Of a DNA stretch of 64,000 nucleotides, positions 13,201 to 25,087 are shown in pieces (positions within the stretch are counted from its first letter, which is position 1; each line of letters begins with the position of its first letter). The notes under the pieces are model-generated. The model was not told where the DNA came from and did no database searches. It saw only the letters and a list, made by a program, of their open reading frames with translations. This stretch comes from Azolla caroliniana (lineage: Eukaryota; Plantae; Polypodiophyta): assembly GCA_043228905.1 (NCBI GenBank), contig JBHGNT010000006.1, positions 12,214,001 to 12,278,000 of the forward strand, written 5' to 3'. A program made the translations under genes and the position numbers.

Positions 13201-15927
13201 TCGGTCGTGCATTCCCCGCGCAGGAAGCCGAGGAGACGGCTTACGCGCAAAGAGAAAGGGAAGAAGAAGGTGTCGGATTCCAGCATGGATAGGCATGAGT
13301 CAGACCGACGCGAGCCCGACTCCGAGGGCAGCGGCGACGGGTTTTCAAGAGCGAAGTCCGCGTCGGCCAAGAAGACCTCGACATCGGCTAATGACTGATT
13401 ACGCTAATTTACCCGCCAGAAGAACCCAGTTGTGCGGTTCAGATACAACGAGTACATGGCGCATCATTATGCGTACATGACCCGTGTAGTAGAAGTGCGT
13501 GAGCCGGAGAGCTACGCAGAAGCGGCTAAGGACGCGAATTGGCGCGCCGCGATGAAGGAAGAGATGCACGCATTGGCGGAAAACGAGACCTGGGACTTGG
13601 TTGAGGCACCTAAGGCTATGAAGCTGATCGGATGTAGGTGGGTGTACATACTCAAGTACAACACTGACGGCTCGGTTAGTAGTGAAAGGCTACGCGCAGA
13701 AACACGGCATCGACTACGATGAGACGTTTGCGCCAGTTGCAAAGATGACGACCGTCCATGTTTTGCCACGGTAGCCGCGGCCAAGGGCTGGCATTTACAT
13801 CAGATGGATGTAAAGAATGTGTTCCTGCAAGGTGAGCATGAGGAACATGTGTACATGGTACAGCCCCCCGGATTCCACTCTGGTACGAACACGTCGACAG
13901 TGTGTCGATTGAAGAAGTCCATTTACGGACTAAAGCAAGCCCCGCGTGCCTGGAAGGCGATGATCACACATCGACTGCGTCGGGATGGGCTTTGCAACGT
14001 CAAAATCAGACTCTTCCCTGTTCATCCGGAAAAGTCGACTCGGGCCGGTCAGTATTTTACTCTATGTTTATGACTTGGTTATCACCAGCGCAGACCTAGG
14101 TGAAATCAACCGCGTGAAGCTCCAACTTGTGGCATCATTCAACATGAAGGATCTGGGAGACCTTCATTACTTCCTCGGGATCGAAGTGATCCGCACCCCC
14201 GAAGGCATATTGATCAGCCAACGACATTACGCGCTGAATATGCTCTTAAAATTCGGGATGGCCAATTGTAAGTCCGTCTCGATTCCTCTAGATAGAGCCG
14301 TCAAGCTTCGCCCCAATTCCGGCAAGGTGTGCAACCCGACGAGGTTCCAACAGATTGTCAGAAGCCTTATCTACTTGACAATCACCCGACCCGATCTCAG
14401 TTATCCAATCGGGGTGATCAGTCAGTTCATGGCGCGACCTACCGAGGAGCACCTTCAGTGTGCGCAACGCGTACTGTGGTATGTAAGCGGCACTAAGGAC
14501 CGGGAACTGCTATATCGGACCAGTACAACCCTACAGTTGGTTGGCTACACCGATGTTGATTGGGCTGGCAACGTCGCTGATCATCGATCCACGTCCGGAT
14601 ACGCGTTCTCTCTCGGGAGTGTCGCGATAGTGTGGAGCAGTAAGAAGCAGCCGACAGTCACACTGTCGAGCACCGAAGCTGAGTACCGAGGAGCGGCTAT
14701 CATGACATGCGAAGCCATATGGTTGAAGCGGCTACTCTAGGACCTGCACGAGGAGGTGTCCGATCCAACAACGATATACTGCAACAACCTCAGCAGCATC
14801 CAACTCGCAAAGAACCCCGTTTTCCACGCACGGACCAAGCACATTGAGGTGCACTACCATTTTGTCCGTGAGCGTCTCCTTTTTGGTGAAGTCGAACTTC
14901 GGTATGTTCCAACGGATCCGCAAACTACCGACATCTTCATCAAACCCGTTGGACTGGACAAGTTGCGGCAATTCTCGGGTACGCTTGGGTTGCGTCACCT
15001 CGACGTGCCGAACTTGAGGGGGAGAGATGTCCCGGATGACCGCGACGCCGAGTCGGATGACGAATTCGATTTCGGATCGGCTGAAGAAGCCGAGGGCAGA
15101 TCCGTGGAAGAGCCCAAAAGCGAACATAAGGGGAGCAGCCGAAAGAAAGAGCCGGAGCCAACCAAGCATGGGGGAGATGACGCCATCAAGGGCAAGAAGA
15201 CCGAAGACGAGTTGGAGACAGCCAACTCGGACGAGAGTGAAAACCGATCGGAGGTAGCCAAGTCAGTTCGTATATTTGATTCGGATACACTGAATCAACC
15301 AAGGGCCAAGCGGAAAAGAAGGCAACAGGAGAAGCGCCAATACCGCGACAACAAGAGAGCTGTGAAGGGCCGTGGGAGCCGAAAACCCAACCAGAAGGGT
15401 CGAAGCGTGTGGAGTCGAACAGGCCGAGGAGCGCGAGCGAGGCGTGGAGCCAGGAGGAACCGGAGCGGTGATCCGGAAGATCCTGAAGAGCCTCAAGTTG
15501 AGCTTGAGGAGGAGTGTTGAGAGACAAGCTCAACATCGGTCGGATCGGCTGAGCAAGCCGGGGACCGGATCGGTTGGGACCGATCAGTTAAGCCGGACCG
15601 GTGCGTAGGAAGGCCCTATCGGTGCGTAAACCGAAAGGCCGTTAGAGAAATATTCCTCGTAAAGGAATAATTTTGGGAGTGAGTGTCGAGGCTCATTTAT
15701 GAGCAGTCAAGTACTGTCAGTACTTGTGTCAGCCCGATTGTCAGGGCTTGTATTAAAGGTACTCACTAAGCACGGTGTATTTACAGACAGTTAGTATTTT
15801 TTAGTTGAGTTTCGTGTGTGTTCTCTCTCTGTCTCTCCCGCGTACTGTGTATACTCAAGCTCTCCATTAAACCTGCGTATTTTTTGTGTGTTTGGTTTTC
15901 TATTGCTTCCGCACATAATCTTTTTCA
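10249..15927 (+). mobile_element. Ty1/copia element C, inserted into the 5' LTR of B
   Basis: 413-bp LTRs at 10249-10661 and 15515-15927; PBS TGGAATCAGAGC 10662-10673; PPT 15504-15514; imperfect TSD ACAGT/ACAAC. Confidence 0.93.
10745..15520 (+). pseudogene. Element C gag-pol, degenerate; the Pol frame runs to a Cys-stop (TGT TGA) at the LTR start
   Basis: ORF fragments covering gag, PR, IN, RT and RH; ORF 14756-15520 is open through the tail. Confidence 0.9.
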
Positions 15928-16297
15928 ACAACGCACACGGGAGAGATAGAGAGAGCAGAACTTCAAGGCTATATTCAAAAACGATAAAAACACTCTGTAC
16001 TTTACAACTGTGCTCAGTAGCACTATTTGTACAAGTCCTCGTGGGACTGACAGAAGTACCGCATACTTCAATGCTCACACGAGCATCTGACACTTACTAC
16101 GAGACTATAACTGCCTAGTAGTCTAAACTAATACTAGGCTTCCGGTTACCGATTGGATCCGGCTAACCAGCTCCCCAGCTCACCGGCTCTGTTGCTTGCC
16201 GGCTCGGTTGCTCACCGGCTTACCAATCCGTCTCGCTCACCGGCTCAGGCTTATCCAGCCGATCCGGCTCCAGTTGAACTTGCCGCTTAACAGCAGC

Positions 16298-16616
16298 CAT
16301 GGAAGCCGGCAAGGAAATATTATGGATGAAGGACTTCATCGGAGAGCTAGAGATTAGACAAGAGGAATACCAGCTCTATTGCGACAGTCAAAGTGCCATC
16401 CACCTTACGAAGAACGCGGCGTATCATTCCAGGACAAAGCACATCCAACGGAGATACCACTGGATCCGGGAGCAAGTTGAACATCGAGAGTTCGAGCTGA
16501 CGAAGATCCACGCGGAGGAGAATGGGTCAGATATGCTGACCAAAGTGCTGACATCCGACAAGCTAGATGCATGCAGGAAGAGGATCGGATTGACGAGGCA
16601 TCCCATGCCGGAGTGA
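16298..16616 (+). pseudogene. C-terminal RNase H part of element A pol
   Basis: MEAGKEILW...HSRTKHIQRRYHWIRE continues the frame broken at 4870. Confidence 0.9.
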
Positions 16617-16951
16617 AGGGGGGGGAGTTTGTTAGGATCTCGGTTCCTCCGGATTGGATGATGAACGCCCGGTGAGAACTGGATGATGAACGCCCGGTGA
16701 GAACCGGATGATGAGTACCTAGTAAGGAAGACCCGGTGAGAACCGGATGACGCAGGCTCGGTGAGAATATCTCACCGGATGAAGGGACATATATGGAGAT
16801 ATGTTTTTGAGAGCCCAATGGGGCTATATCTATAAATAGTCCTAATGTCATATTAGTATAAATATGACCTAGGGCAAACAGTGTTGTAGATAATTGTGTT
16901 GTCATTTTTTTTGTATAGAGTTATTGGTGTAACTGTTGTACAGAGCATAGC

Positions 16952-16990
<39 letters not shown>

Positions 16991-17439
16991 CAGAGTGATT
17001 CTCTGTTGTAACCGCTGCTAGGCAAAGAGTGTGAGCACGAGGTCGTTGCCTCTGTGCCCCTTGTTGTATTCTTTGACATAGTGATAGTTTGGAGTCTGTG
17101 GGCTCCCATGGTTTTTCCCATTCAGGGTTTTCCATGTTAACATACTGTGTACCCTCTCTCATATTGTTTGTGTGTACATGTATTCACCTCCATTCCCATT
17201 CTCGGTGTTCGATTCGAAACGACACGATCTGAGACTTAGTTGTGGCCGAGTAACTTTCCGCATATTTCGCGTCACCTGTGACTTCGCCGCACAAACCACA
17301 ACTACCCCGGCAACGGTCCTCAATCTCTAACTGATTTGATAAAGTTCACGACTACCCTATCACACTACACAACACATAGGATAGATGCATGTCCATATAA
17401 AGTGGCCTGATGATGAATCCATCCTCCGATGTGTGAAAA

Positions 17440-18200
17440 GAGTTTGTCTTGTAGTATGCCATCTTCGTACCTAGAAATATTTTGGGGTTGATCCATGTGA
17501 TCTTTTTTCTCCAAGGTAATAATATCAATTTAAATCACTCTATTCTTTTCTACTTTAGTCATGTTTAGATAGGGGCAGTCCAAGCTATATTGGAATGGGG
17601 GTAGTGCATTTATGCTTCTACCATATGACTTGAACCATTGTTGTAGTTTAGCATACCAACAATGAATGTTTCCATTTTCAAACCAGTTGTTTTGATAATA
17701 TAAGTGTCAACCTTGGGTACCTTAGTTTACGAAGCTCCCAAAGACATTGGATACATATCACTGATTGGAACAATGCCTAAGTGATTACAGGGGTTGCTCC
17801 CAATCTCTACTTGGATTATATCATGGGGCATTGATGCTTTGCTCCTTGTCATGTGGGCAATCATTAACACTAAAGGTGTCTCTAAATCTTTCCAATGATT
17901 TGCCATGTCCATAAAGAAGAGTTGTTGCGACAAGTGTATCAAATAACCATATCTTATGGAACTGCAAATGTGCACATTGTCTTTCGAGAGCACCAAGCGT
18001 CACATATCAATAAGAAAGTCAGGCACAAGTAGCCTCCCGTAAACAGAACCCTAGCCCTATAAATATTACTCTTAGGTATGTATAGGAGCATGTGTATTCC
18101 ACCTTTTAGCATACAAAATAGTTTAAAGGAATTTAGATGTCTTTGTACTCCATCCAGAGAGTTAGAATATCATCAACATATAGTAATATTTGTATAGCTT
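17440..18200 (-). mobile_element. Degenerate RTEX-like LINE fragment (region C-terminal to RT)
   Basis: WLFDTLVATTLLYG matches YLFDTLVTPVLLYG in the LINE at 61765-64000; boundaries approximate. Confidence 0.6.
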
Positions 18201-18518
18201 TACCCACTAGACATACTCCAAAATCCCCAAAACTATTTATGTAATGTGATATCTCATCTATATAGAGACTGAATAGGGTGGGTGATAGTGGCATCTTTGC
18301 TTCACTCCGATTGTGCTAGCCACCACCTCTTACAAACTCTTGGAAGACCGCAATTTTCATGACACGGATTAATAGAGTGCATAGATTCCCCATTGCATAT
18401 CTATAGGGACACCAAGGGCTTCTAGCCGCTACATAAGTTGATGTCCTCAAGTGGGAAATGCCTAGGAGGAATAAAGTTAAACTAAGAATATTAAAAAGGT
18501 TGAATGATTGATCGAGGA

Positions 18519-19273
18519 TGTGATAAGAAAGACATGCCATGTTTTGGAATTAAATATAACAAAAAGGCTTAGCTCAATTGGTAAATGCTTGTCCTATAAG
18601 TAGGCGGTTACGGGTTTGAGTTCAACTTGGGCTATAGCGGGTGAATGAATGCTAAAGGTGGATATTATCATGTGCCAAAGGGAAAAGTAGAGCATGCAAG
18701 TGAAAAAAAAGTGTGGCGTGTGCTAAAAAAAAGCAAGAATTTTACTCGTGAAAGAGCCGCTTGAAACCTATAAAAGGGTGAAGAGAGCTCATTGTTTAAA
18801 GGGGAAGTTGGAGACAAGGCAAAAATTTCATACAAAGAGAGCTAGGGTTGCAAATCAAGAGGGCGTGCAAGATCGAGGACGACAAAAGACGACGTGGCCT
18901 TCATTTGTTGAGACATCACATTGAACTCGAGGTATGGATCCCCCTAAAACTCTACATGTGTTCTTATCCTCTTTGTTTACCCTTATCTTCTCCCTATCCT
19001 TCGTTTATCTCTTGTTCACTCCATGTCACAAAGCCGATAATCTTCTCGTTGTACTTACACACCCTCATAAACTTATTATTGCTTAAAATTTTTTAATATA
19101 ATATATATTTCTCTTGTTTATTTACTTTTGCAAATCCTTGCTTGAGTATCTGGTATGAATTGTGTCGAAATTTTTGGTTGGAAATCCCATGCTTGGGACA
19201 CAAAGTTGCGTGAATTTTGTAGAAATCGGTGTATAGTGGACCATTGATCCATCTTACCAGGGAACTCATCACA
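18519..19273 (+). mobile_element. Putative gypsy-type LTR
   Basis: Inverted termini TGTGATAA...TCATCACA; TATA-like CCTATAAAAGGG near 18767; no TSD found. Confidence 0.45.
18565..18635 (+). other. tRNA-derived A-box/B-box cassette (not a functional tRNA)
   Basis: TAGCTCAATTGG 18570-18581; GGTTTGAGTTC from 18613; tRNA-like spacing. Confidence 0.55.
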
Positions 19274-20449
19274 TTTCTACAAAGGTTTCGTCACGAGGAT
19301 CACGACAAATATTTCAAATGCTAATTCTGATGTCCAAGCGTGAAGAAATGTCTTATCGTAAAAAATTTAGGTGGCGATAGTCAAATCCACCACGTTGGCC
19401 GAAGTCGACATCCCGACTACTAGACGACGCCCAAGGATAGATTGAAATGATTAAAGATTACCTCGTTTATTTTAATTATCTTTCATGTCTCTCCCTCACG
19501 AGAGCACAAATACAAATATATAAAGAACTTATCTAGGTATTTTTATTTACCTTTCGTGCCCCCATGAGGATACCAAAACTAAATGAAGGGCAAGAAAGAT
19601 AATTAAACAATAATTTGTGCCCCCATGAGGACATTAGAGCAAATGTGGGCCCCTTTGTCACAACCTCGAGGCAAAAATCTCTTCATTCATAACTCTTTTA
19701 TGAAGATTGCTTGCCCATGCCACAATATTAAACCTATCTCCATGATCGGAAAGCAAGTTTAATTGAGACTTTAATTCAAGATTGTGTTGATGTTTCTCCC
19801 CCCTCCTTTGTAATTGTAGGTTTAATTCAACCAAAGCCTTTGCAATTTGGAAATTGATTCTTCATCATATCCGTCAAATCCATCTCTATTCTTAGGTAAG
19901 TTTCCACCCAACTTTTTCCCAATATATTTCTATGGTCAAGTGTAGAGGTTTTAAATAATATTGAAGAATATCAAACATTATCATTTTGTGAGTTTTGGGG
20001 TAAGAAAGATGTTTGACTTAAACTTGAGTCCATCTCACTGTTCTACCTCTTATGCACTTGAGAATGGAAATACAAATGCTTTGCATGATTCTTGGGTCTC
20101 ACTTGATGATAATAATTATAGTATTAGTGATTCAAATAATTCAGATGCCCACACAAGTGATAGTACCAGCGATAATGAGTCAATGGATAATGATAACCTC
20201 AATATAATGAATATTGATCTCATGAAATATTCAGACTCGAAATTATTTATGCCTAGAAGAGTTATTTTACATTTAATAAGACTTGATATGGCAAGGGAAG
20301 ACCGCAATAGAAAACTGATACTATGGCCAAAAAGGTCATAGAAAGAGCGATTGTTGGAAGAAGTGCGCCGATTCGGATAGAGTTGGATCAAGCCGATGTG
20401 ATGCAGATAGGCGTCATCGATCCCACTTTTGCCATATCAAGTCTTATTA

Positions 20450-23400
20450 TATAATGAAGCACAAGGCAAATCAAATAGGAGTACATACCATGAAACTGAA
20501 AAAGATCTGGTATGTTGATTCTAGAGCTTCAAATCATATGATGAACCATGTCGAATGGTTCTCAAGCTTGGAAAAACCGGAATAACCGGGAGTTGTCGAG
20601 ACCGGCGACAACATCGTGCACCCAAACAAACACATGGGTGATGTACCGCTCAGCCATGTCGGACAAATGGGGGGTGATGCGGAACATGCTTCATGTCCCA
20701 ACAATTGCAAAGAACTTAGTATTTGTCAAACAAATTGTCGATCAGGGCATGCAGGTCCGATTTAATCACCACATCTGCTTCATTGAGGACGAGGGCCGGT
20801 TGATAGCACGAGGGCATAGAGATGAGTGGATGTTTATCCTCGAAACAAATGATGTTGGCGCTGCAATGTTCACAAAAGGACAAAAGGTCGAATCCAACAT
20901 CGACTTGTGGCACAAGCAAATCAGCCACATTAATTATCAGAAGCTTCAAGAAATGTAGTCAAAACAAGTGGTTTCATGACTGGCAAGTTTAGTGGCTGGA
21001 CGGCCCGGATATGCGAAGTTTATCAACTTGGGAAGTAGCATAGGCTTCCATTCCGCAATGAAAAGAATGAATCGGCTTGACTTAATCCACACGGATGTAT
21101 GGGGACTGGCAAGTTGTTGCTCAATGTTACAACCCGAGGATAAACAGGTGTATGTCCTCCGGAATATTCCTCATCAACATCTCGGCCCTGTAGAAGAGCA
21201 AGGGCGGGGGTCGATATTTCGTCTCCTTCATCGATGACTTCAGCCGGCACACTTGGGTGTACCTCATTGAGAAGAAGGGCGAAGTCTTCTCCTGTTTCCA
21301 AGACATGAAAAGTCTAGTGGAAAAGGGAAACAGAGAGGAAATTCAAGTGCTTGCGGTCGAATGGTGGAAAATAATACTTTTCCGACCAATTTACAAGTTA
21401 TCTGCAACAAAAGGGAATCTGAAGGGATTTCTCTTGCAGATACACGTCGGAGCAAAACAACATTGTAGAGAGAGAGAACCGGACACTAGTAGAAGCAGGC
21501 AGGGGAATGTTGGAGGAGAAAAGCATACCTAGAAGTCATTGGGCCAAAGCAATCTAGACAGTTGTATACATACAAAATCGGATTTCTGCCTCTGGAGCAA
21601 AGGTGTCCCCACATGAACTGTACTTTGGGTGGAAGTAAATTTTGGCACACCTCATGTATTCGATAGTATCGCACACATACACGTGTCGAATGAGAGATAA
21701 TAGTGTTGTTGGTTTTAGGGCTAGGGTAAAGGATGATAGGATAAAGATGGAAACGGTGGGTTTGAGGATTAGCATTACGAGATTGATGATGACATTGTGG
21801 GGTGGGGGGTGGTGCCTAGAATGGCTCCACCCCTTTGCAACGGGGTTCAACATAAGGGAGAGAGGGAGAGAGAGAGAGGTGTCACAAGAGAGAGATAATC
21901 AAGAGAGAACTTCCTTATGTTTCATTCATTCCCTATAAGGGGGTTAAGTAGATACAAAAGGGGTGCAAGGCCCCTTGTCCATTCACACTAATCACTCACT
22001 CACATATTTTCGTATCTGTCCACATGCACACACGTGTGCATGTGTTCACATATGTATCTACTCACACTCACAATTACACTTGTGCACATTTACACATACA
22101 CAACAATAACATTAACTCTTTCACCCTCACACATCACACTTATAAATCTCCTATACATCCCATACAGTAACAAGAAGTTGGATGCCAAGGCCAAGAAGTG
22201 TATCTTGGTTGGATACTTGCACGAGCACAAGGGGTACAAGTGCTACAAACCCCAGACAAAGAAAGTGTGGGTGAGCCGTGATGTCATATTTGACAAATCA
22301 ACGTCTTGGTACTCCCTTCCACCTTCGACCCCTGAAACCTCCGAACCGAATTCTGAAGACGAGGCTAGCCTCATGGTTGAGGAAGAAATCGGCTCTCAAG
22401 AGGAGAGTTTGATCCCATTTCGGCTGAATGGGCCGTTTGAGGGCTGAGCCAAAACGGCCAATTGGATGAAGGATTGGCTAGTAGTGGAGACTCCATTGTA
22501 CAGTTCTCATGCCAGAAGCTGAGGAGACGGTTTACACGCAAAGAAAAGGGGAAGATGAAGATGCCCGAATACGGCATAGATGGCACACATTGGACCATAC
22601 TAAATCTGACGCGGCCATGAGTGAAGATGGACCTCCGGAAATGAGGTCGGAGTCGGCCAAGAGGGCCATAAAATCGGCTAGCTAGAAGTTGCGTTGATCC
22701 ATCCGCCAAAAGAACCTCGTAAACCGGTATGTGTACAATGAGTATATGGCACACCACTATGCATGCATGGGAAAGGTGGCAATAGTGCGTGAGCCAGAGA
22801 GCTACGTAGAGGCGGCGAAGGATGCCAATTAGCGAAAGGCCATGGAGGAAGAGATGTGCGCACGAGCGCAGAATTAGACATGGAACCTGGTTGATGCCCC
22901 CAAGGGTGTGAAGCTGATTGGATGCCGGTGGGTATACAAGGTCAACTACAATGCTGACAGCTCCATCAATCGATACAAGGGCCGATTGGTGGTCAAGGGC
23001 TATGCACAACAACATGGCATCGATTATGATGAGACGTTCACACCGGTTGCAAAGATAACAACCATTTGTGTCTTGTTGGCAGTAATGATGGCGAAGGGAT
23101 GACATCCACACCAGATGGAAGTCAAAAATGCGTTCCTACAAGAAAATCTTGAGGAACAAGTGTATATGGTGCAACCTCCCAGATTTCAGTCCGGATTGAA
23201 CACGTCGGTCGTTTACTGATTGAAGAATTCACTTTATGGACTAAAGAAAGCCCCATGTGCCTGGAATCTGAAGATCACGCAATGGTTGTGTCAGATGGGA
23301 TTTGCTCCGTCGAAGTCGACTCGTCATTGTTCATCCGGTAGGGTCGGAATGGGTTGCTATGTACTTTGTTTTACGTTGATGACTTAGTCATTGCTGGCAC

Positions 23401-23595
23401 CGACCTTGAAGAAATCAGCCGAGTAAAGTCCCAATTTGCGGCATCGTTTGAGATGAAGGATCTGGGGGACCTTCATTACTTCCTCGGGATCGAAGTGATC
23501 CGCACCTCGGAAGGCATATTGATCAACCAACATCATTGTGTGTTGAGTATGCTCTTCAAGTTTAGTATGACGAACTGCAAATCTGTCTTAACTCC
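20450..23595 (+). mobile_element. Highly degenerate B/C-family copia internal fragment (PR to RT)
   Basis: ORF remnants LHVPTIAKNLV, KGYKCYKP, IGCRWVYKV, FYVDDLV. Confidence 0.85.
21702..22166. mobile_element. Insertion within the copia integrase, solo-LTR-like
   Basis: Interrupts the HVxNE/KKLDAK sequence; ends in CATACA; possible decayed TSD ATAAT/GTAAC. Confidence 0.4.
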
Positions 23596-24050
23596 TCGCC
23601 AAAGGTTTCAAACAAGAACATGGAATTGACTACGACGAGATCTTCTCTCTGATGGTAAAGATGACCACCCTTCGGCTCCTCGGGTTTGTGATCACAAAAG
23701 ACCTAGAGATGGAGAAATTCGACGTCAAAACATCCTTCCCACACGGAGATCTCAACAAAGAAATTTACATGTCTCAACCAGTAGGCTTCACGATGACGGG
23801 GGAGCAAGGTCACTTCATTTGCAAGCTAAAGAAGAGCCTATATGGCCTCAAGCAAGCGTCGAGAATGTGGTATTAGAAGTTCGATACCTACATCTGGCAA
23901 CTCAGCTATAATCGGTCCAACTCCGACCCATGCATGTATATTCGGCAATTGGCCGACAAGTCCCGAATCTACCTGATCCTATATGTCAACGATATGTTGA
24001 TTGTAGGAAGCAATCAAGTAGAAAATCGGAAGACTAAAGCAAAGCCTTCA
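23596..24050 (+). mobile_element. Tork-like copia RT fragment
   Basis: KGFKQEHGIDYDEIFS...DVKTSFPHGDL...[13 protein letters not shown]. Confidence 0.75.
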
Positions 24051-25085
24051 TATACATAAAGGAGGGGACCCAATGGACCCAAATACATATAGGACCATTA
24101 TGATAGGTCATACGCTCACTAAATTAGATGGTGCAGTAATGGAAGCAGAGCTCAATGATTATATGGAAAATTTAAGTCGTGTAGCACTTGAGCAAGTTGG
24201 CTTGAGATGAACCTTCTCCACTATTGACCATATCTTCACACTTCGATGCTTAATTGACCAGACAAAGGCTCACAAGAAGAAACTATATTGTTGCTTTGTG
24301 GACTTCCGCAAAACCTTTGACACAGTTCCTAGGAAGCGGTTGTTTGATAGGCTTAAAATCTTGGAGATACCAAATGAGATGATTTGGGCCATCTATGCTC
24401 TATATGAGCAAGTCTGTAGGGGCGTAAGATGCCTAGGTGGTCTATCTGATTGCTTCACTAGCACCATTGGTGTAAAACAGGGTTGCCCCAATCATCGACT
24501 CTTTTTGGGATCTACATTGATGAGATCACTGATTTTATTGCTCGTAAGGGAGGCAACAGAGTAGCCATTGGGGGTACGCTAGTTAGTCTCTTACTCTACA
24601 CAAATGACATAGTTTTGCTCTCGGAGACTGAACACGACCTACAAAAGCACCTTAATGCCCTAGATGACTTTTGCACACAACGAGGACTGGTAGTGAATCT
24701 AGAGAAAATTAAAGTCCTTATCTTTCATACATCATCTCGAGTTAGGAGTAAATGTCACCTAATCCTCTCTCATAAACCAGTTGAGGTGGTTGGATCACAT
24801 GTATATCTAGTAGTTGGATTACTTTTAGTGCTTGTTCAGGTAAATTCTTGATGACCCAAGCAACCAAAGATAGGCTAAAGAGAGGGTAGGCATACTTAGA
24901 GAGACAATGCCATCGGATATACTTTCAAGAGCCACGAACTAAGGGATAGCTCTTTGACTCATTAGGGACCCCTTCCCTCATGTATGCATCAGTAGTATGG
25001 GCTCCTGGTCTAGCATCTTTCATGTGGACACAATTAGAGAGACCTTTGGTGACGATGTTATCATGTCAACTTCGAAGCAAATCGA
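24051..25085 (+). mobile_element. RTEX-like LINE RT fragment
   Basis: STIDHIFTLR, CFVDFRKTFDTVPR, GVKQGCP, LLLYTNDIV. Confidence 0.85.
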
Positions 25086-25087
25086 CA

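Larger units (their letters stand above)
4871..16292 (-). mobile_element. Ty1/copia element B, inserted into the RNase H region of A
   Basis: 3' LTR 4871-5271, PPT 5272-5282; 5' LTR split by element C (10193-10248 and 15933-16292); PBS 10181-10192; TSD GTAGT/GCAGC (two C>T changes). Confidence 0.92.
784..17274 (+). mobile_element. Ty1/copia element A (Tork/Tnt1-like), full span, interrupted by elements B and C
   Basis: Perfect TSD CCTGT (779-783 / 17275-17279); LTRs 784-~1402 (truncated) and 16630-17274; PPT GAAGGGGGGGAG just before 16630; gag-PR-IN-RT-RH order. Confidence 0.93.
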
